From: Vicugna vicugna
Lineage: Eukaryota
NCBI GenBank assembly: GCA_013265495.1
Contig: MU058883.1
Span: forward strand, 248,001 to 312,000
Reading direction: 5' to 3'
DNA length: 64,000 nucleotides
Below are positions 62,952 to 64,000 of this stretch, piece by piece. The stretch's first letter is position 1; every line of letters begins with the position of its first letter. Below the pieces are notes generated by a model. The model searched no databases and was not told the DNA's origin. It saw only the letters and a program-made list of their open reading frames with translations. Position numbers and translations under genes: made by a program.

Positions 62952-64000
62952 CTGGGGAGACAAGAGGGTCACCTCTCTTGGGGGCGAGCAGGAGCCCAGA
63001 CTTGCCGCCTGCTGGCCTCTCTCTTCCCCGCCCCCAGACCACCACCAGCCCAGGCCTGGCCTCACGGGGCATAGTGTCCTCCCAGCCTGGCAGAGAGGAC
63101 AGCAGATGTGAAGGAAAAGGCTCCCTGAGCCTTGAGGGACAGTGACTGGGTGCCACTTGAGGGAGCTGGGCTTCAGGAGGGGCTGGGCCTGAGCTCTGAG
63201 CTCTGAGCTCTTGGTGGGGGTTGCTCGGAGGCTGTGGCAGTCACTTGGACGTGTAAGGCACAGGCTGGGCCCTATGGGGTCTGGGCCTGGTCCTCCATGC
63301 TAAAACAGGGCTCCAAGTCCTCATTCCAACTGCGGCACCCAGGAGCTGAGGGTGGTGATCAGGACGCTGGCCAGGGAGGGCTCAGGCCCTGGGGGCCAGA
63401 GAGCAGAGAGGCTGAGAGAGAAGTCCCCCTGAGCCACCCAGGTCAGACCCCCCAGGCCTCCCCTGACCACGAGTCTACCAACGCATGACCCAAGGTCAAG
63501 GTGACCACCTCCTGCCAGCTGCCCTGTCTAAGCACTGCCCTCAGCTCCCTGCCCCATGCCGTGCCCAGGGCAGCCACTGCAGCCTCCTCCCCCTGGGCCT
63601 GGGACCCTCGCCTTTTCACTTCCTCCACTGCTCTCACCCAGGGGTCTATGGGCCCCCAACATTTCCTAAGCTCAGGGCCGCTGCCCCACGCCCGGTCCCT
63701 AGCAAGGGTTCTGAGATGTAGCGGAGGCTGGGACAGCTTCCTCAGTTTCCCACCTGGTATCCTGGGGCAAGCTGCCCCCACCCAGAGCTACAAACCCCAC
63801 CATGCCCCTCCAACATCCCTGAGCAGGGCTGTGGCGATCTGGTCATCAGTCACAGGACAGACCATCCCCAGCTGCCCCTTCCCCCAAGCAGGAAGGGTGT
63901 CCAGTCTGCACTTGCCCAGTGGGGCCGAGCAGGGCACCCAGCTGGCCCACATACTTCTCCAGAGTCCTGGGAACCCCACTGTTCTCCAGAGAAGGCGGCC

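Overview
GC-rich mammalian genomic DNA, subtelomere-like, with two assembly gaps (2218-2245 and 55886-56226). The right two-thirds hold the 3' part of KIF1A on the minus strand. I mapped 31 in-frame coding exons from the FHA region to the PH domain and stop (62951 down to 23513), two frame-preserving microexons (27 and 24 nt), one GC-AG intron, a NAGNAG acceptor and a ~2.9 kb 3' UTR ending near 20580. The poly-Glu alternative exon of KIF1A is not visible and probably lies in the second gap. About 4.6 kb further on, an intact 3-exon AQP12 gene (315 aa) also lies on the minus strand, tandem to KIF1A; both of its pore motifs read NPT. The rest is old transposon debris: L1, an ERVL pol remnant, a hAT-Tip100/Zaphod-like transposase fossil, MLT LTRs and MIRs. 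Some of it is strongly GC-shifted. I find no prokaryote-type system or CRISPR array, and no convincingly new multi-gene system. The best leads are gene-level oddities in AQP12 and KIF1A splicing. Exon numbers follow human KIF1A numbering from memory and are approximate. Repeat family calls rest on remembered consensus sequences, not a database search.
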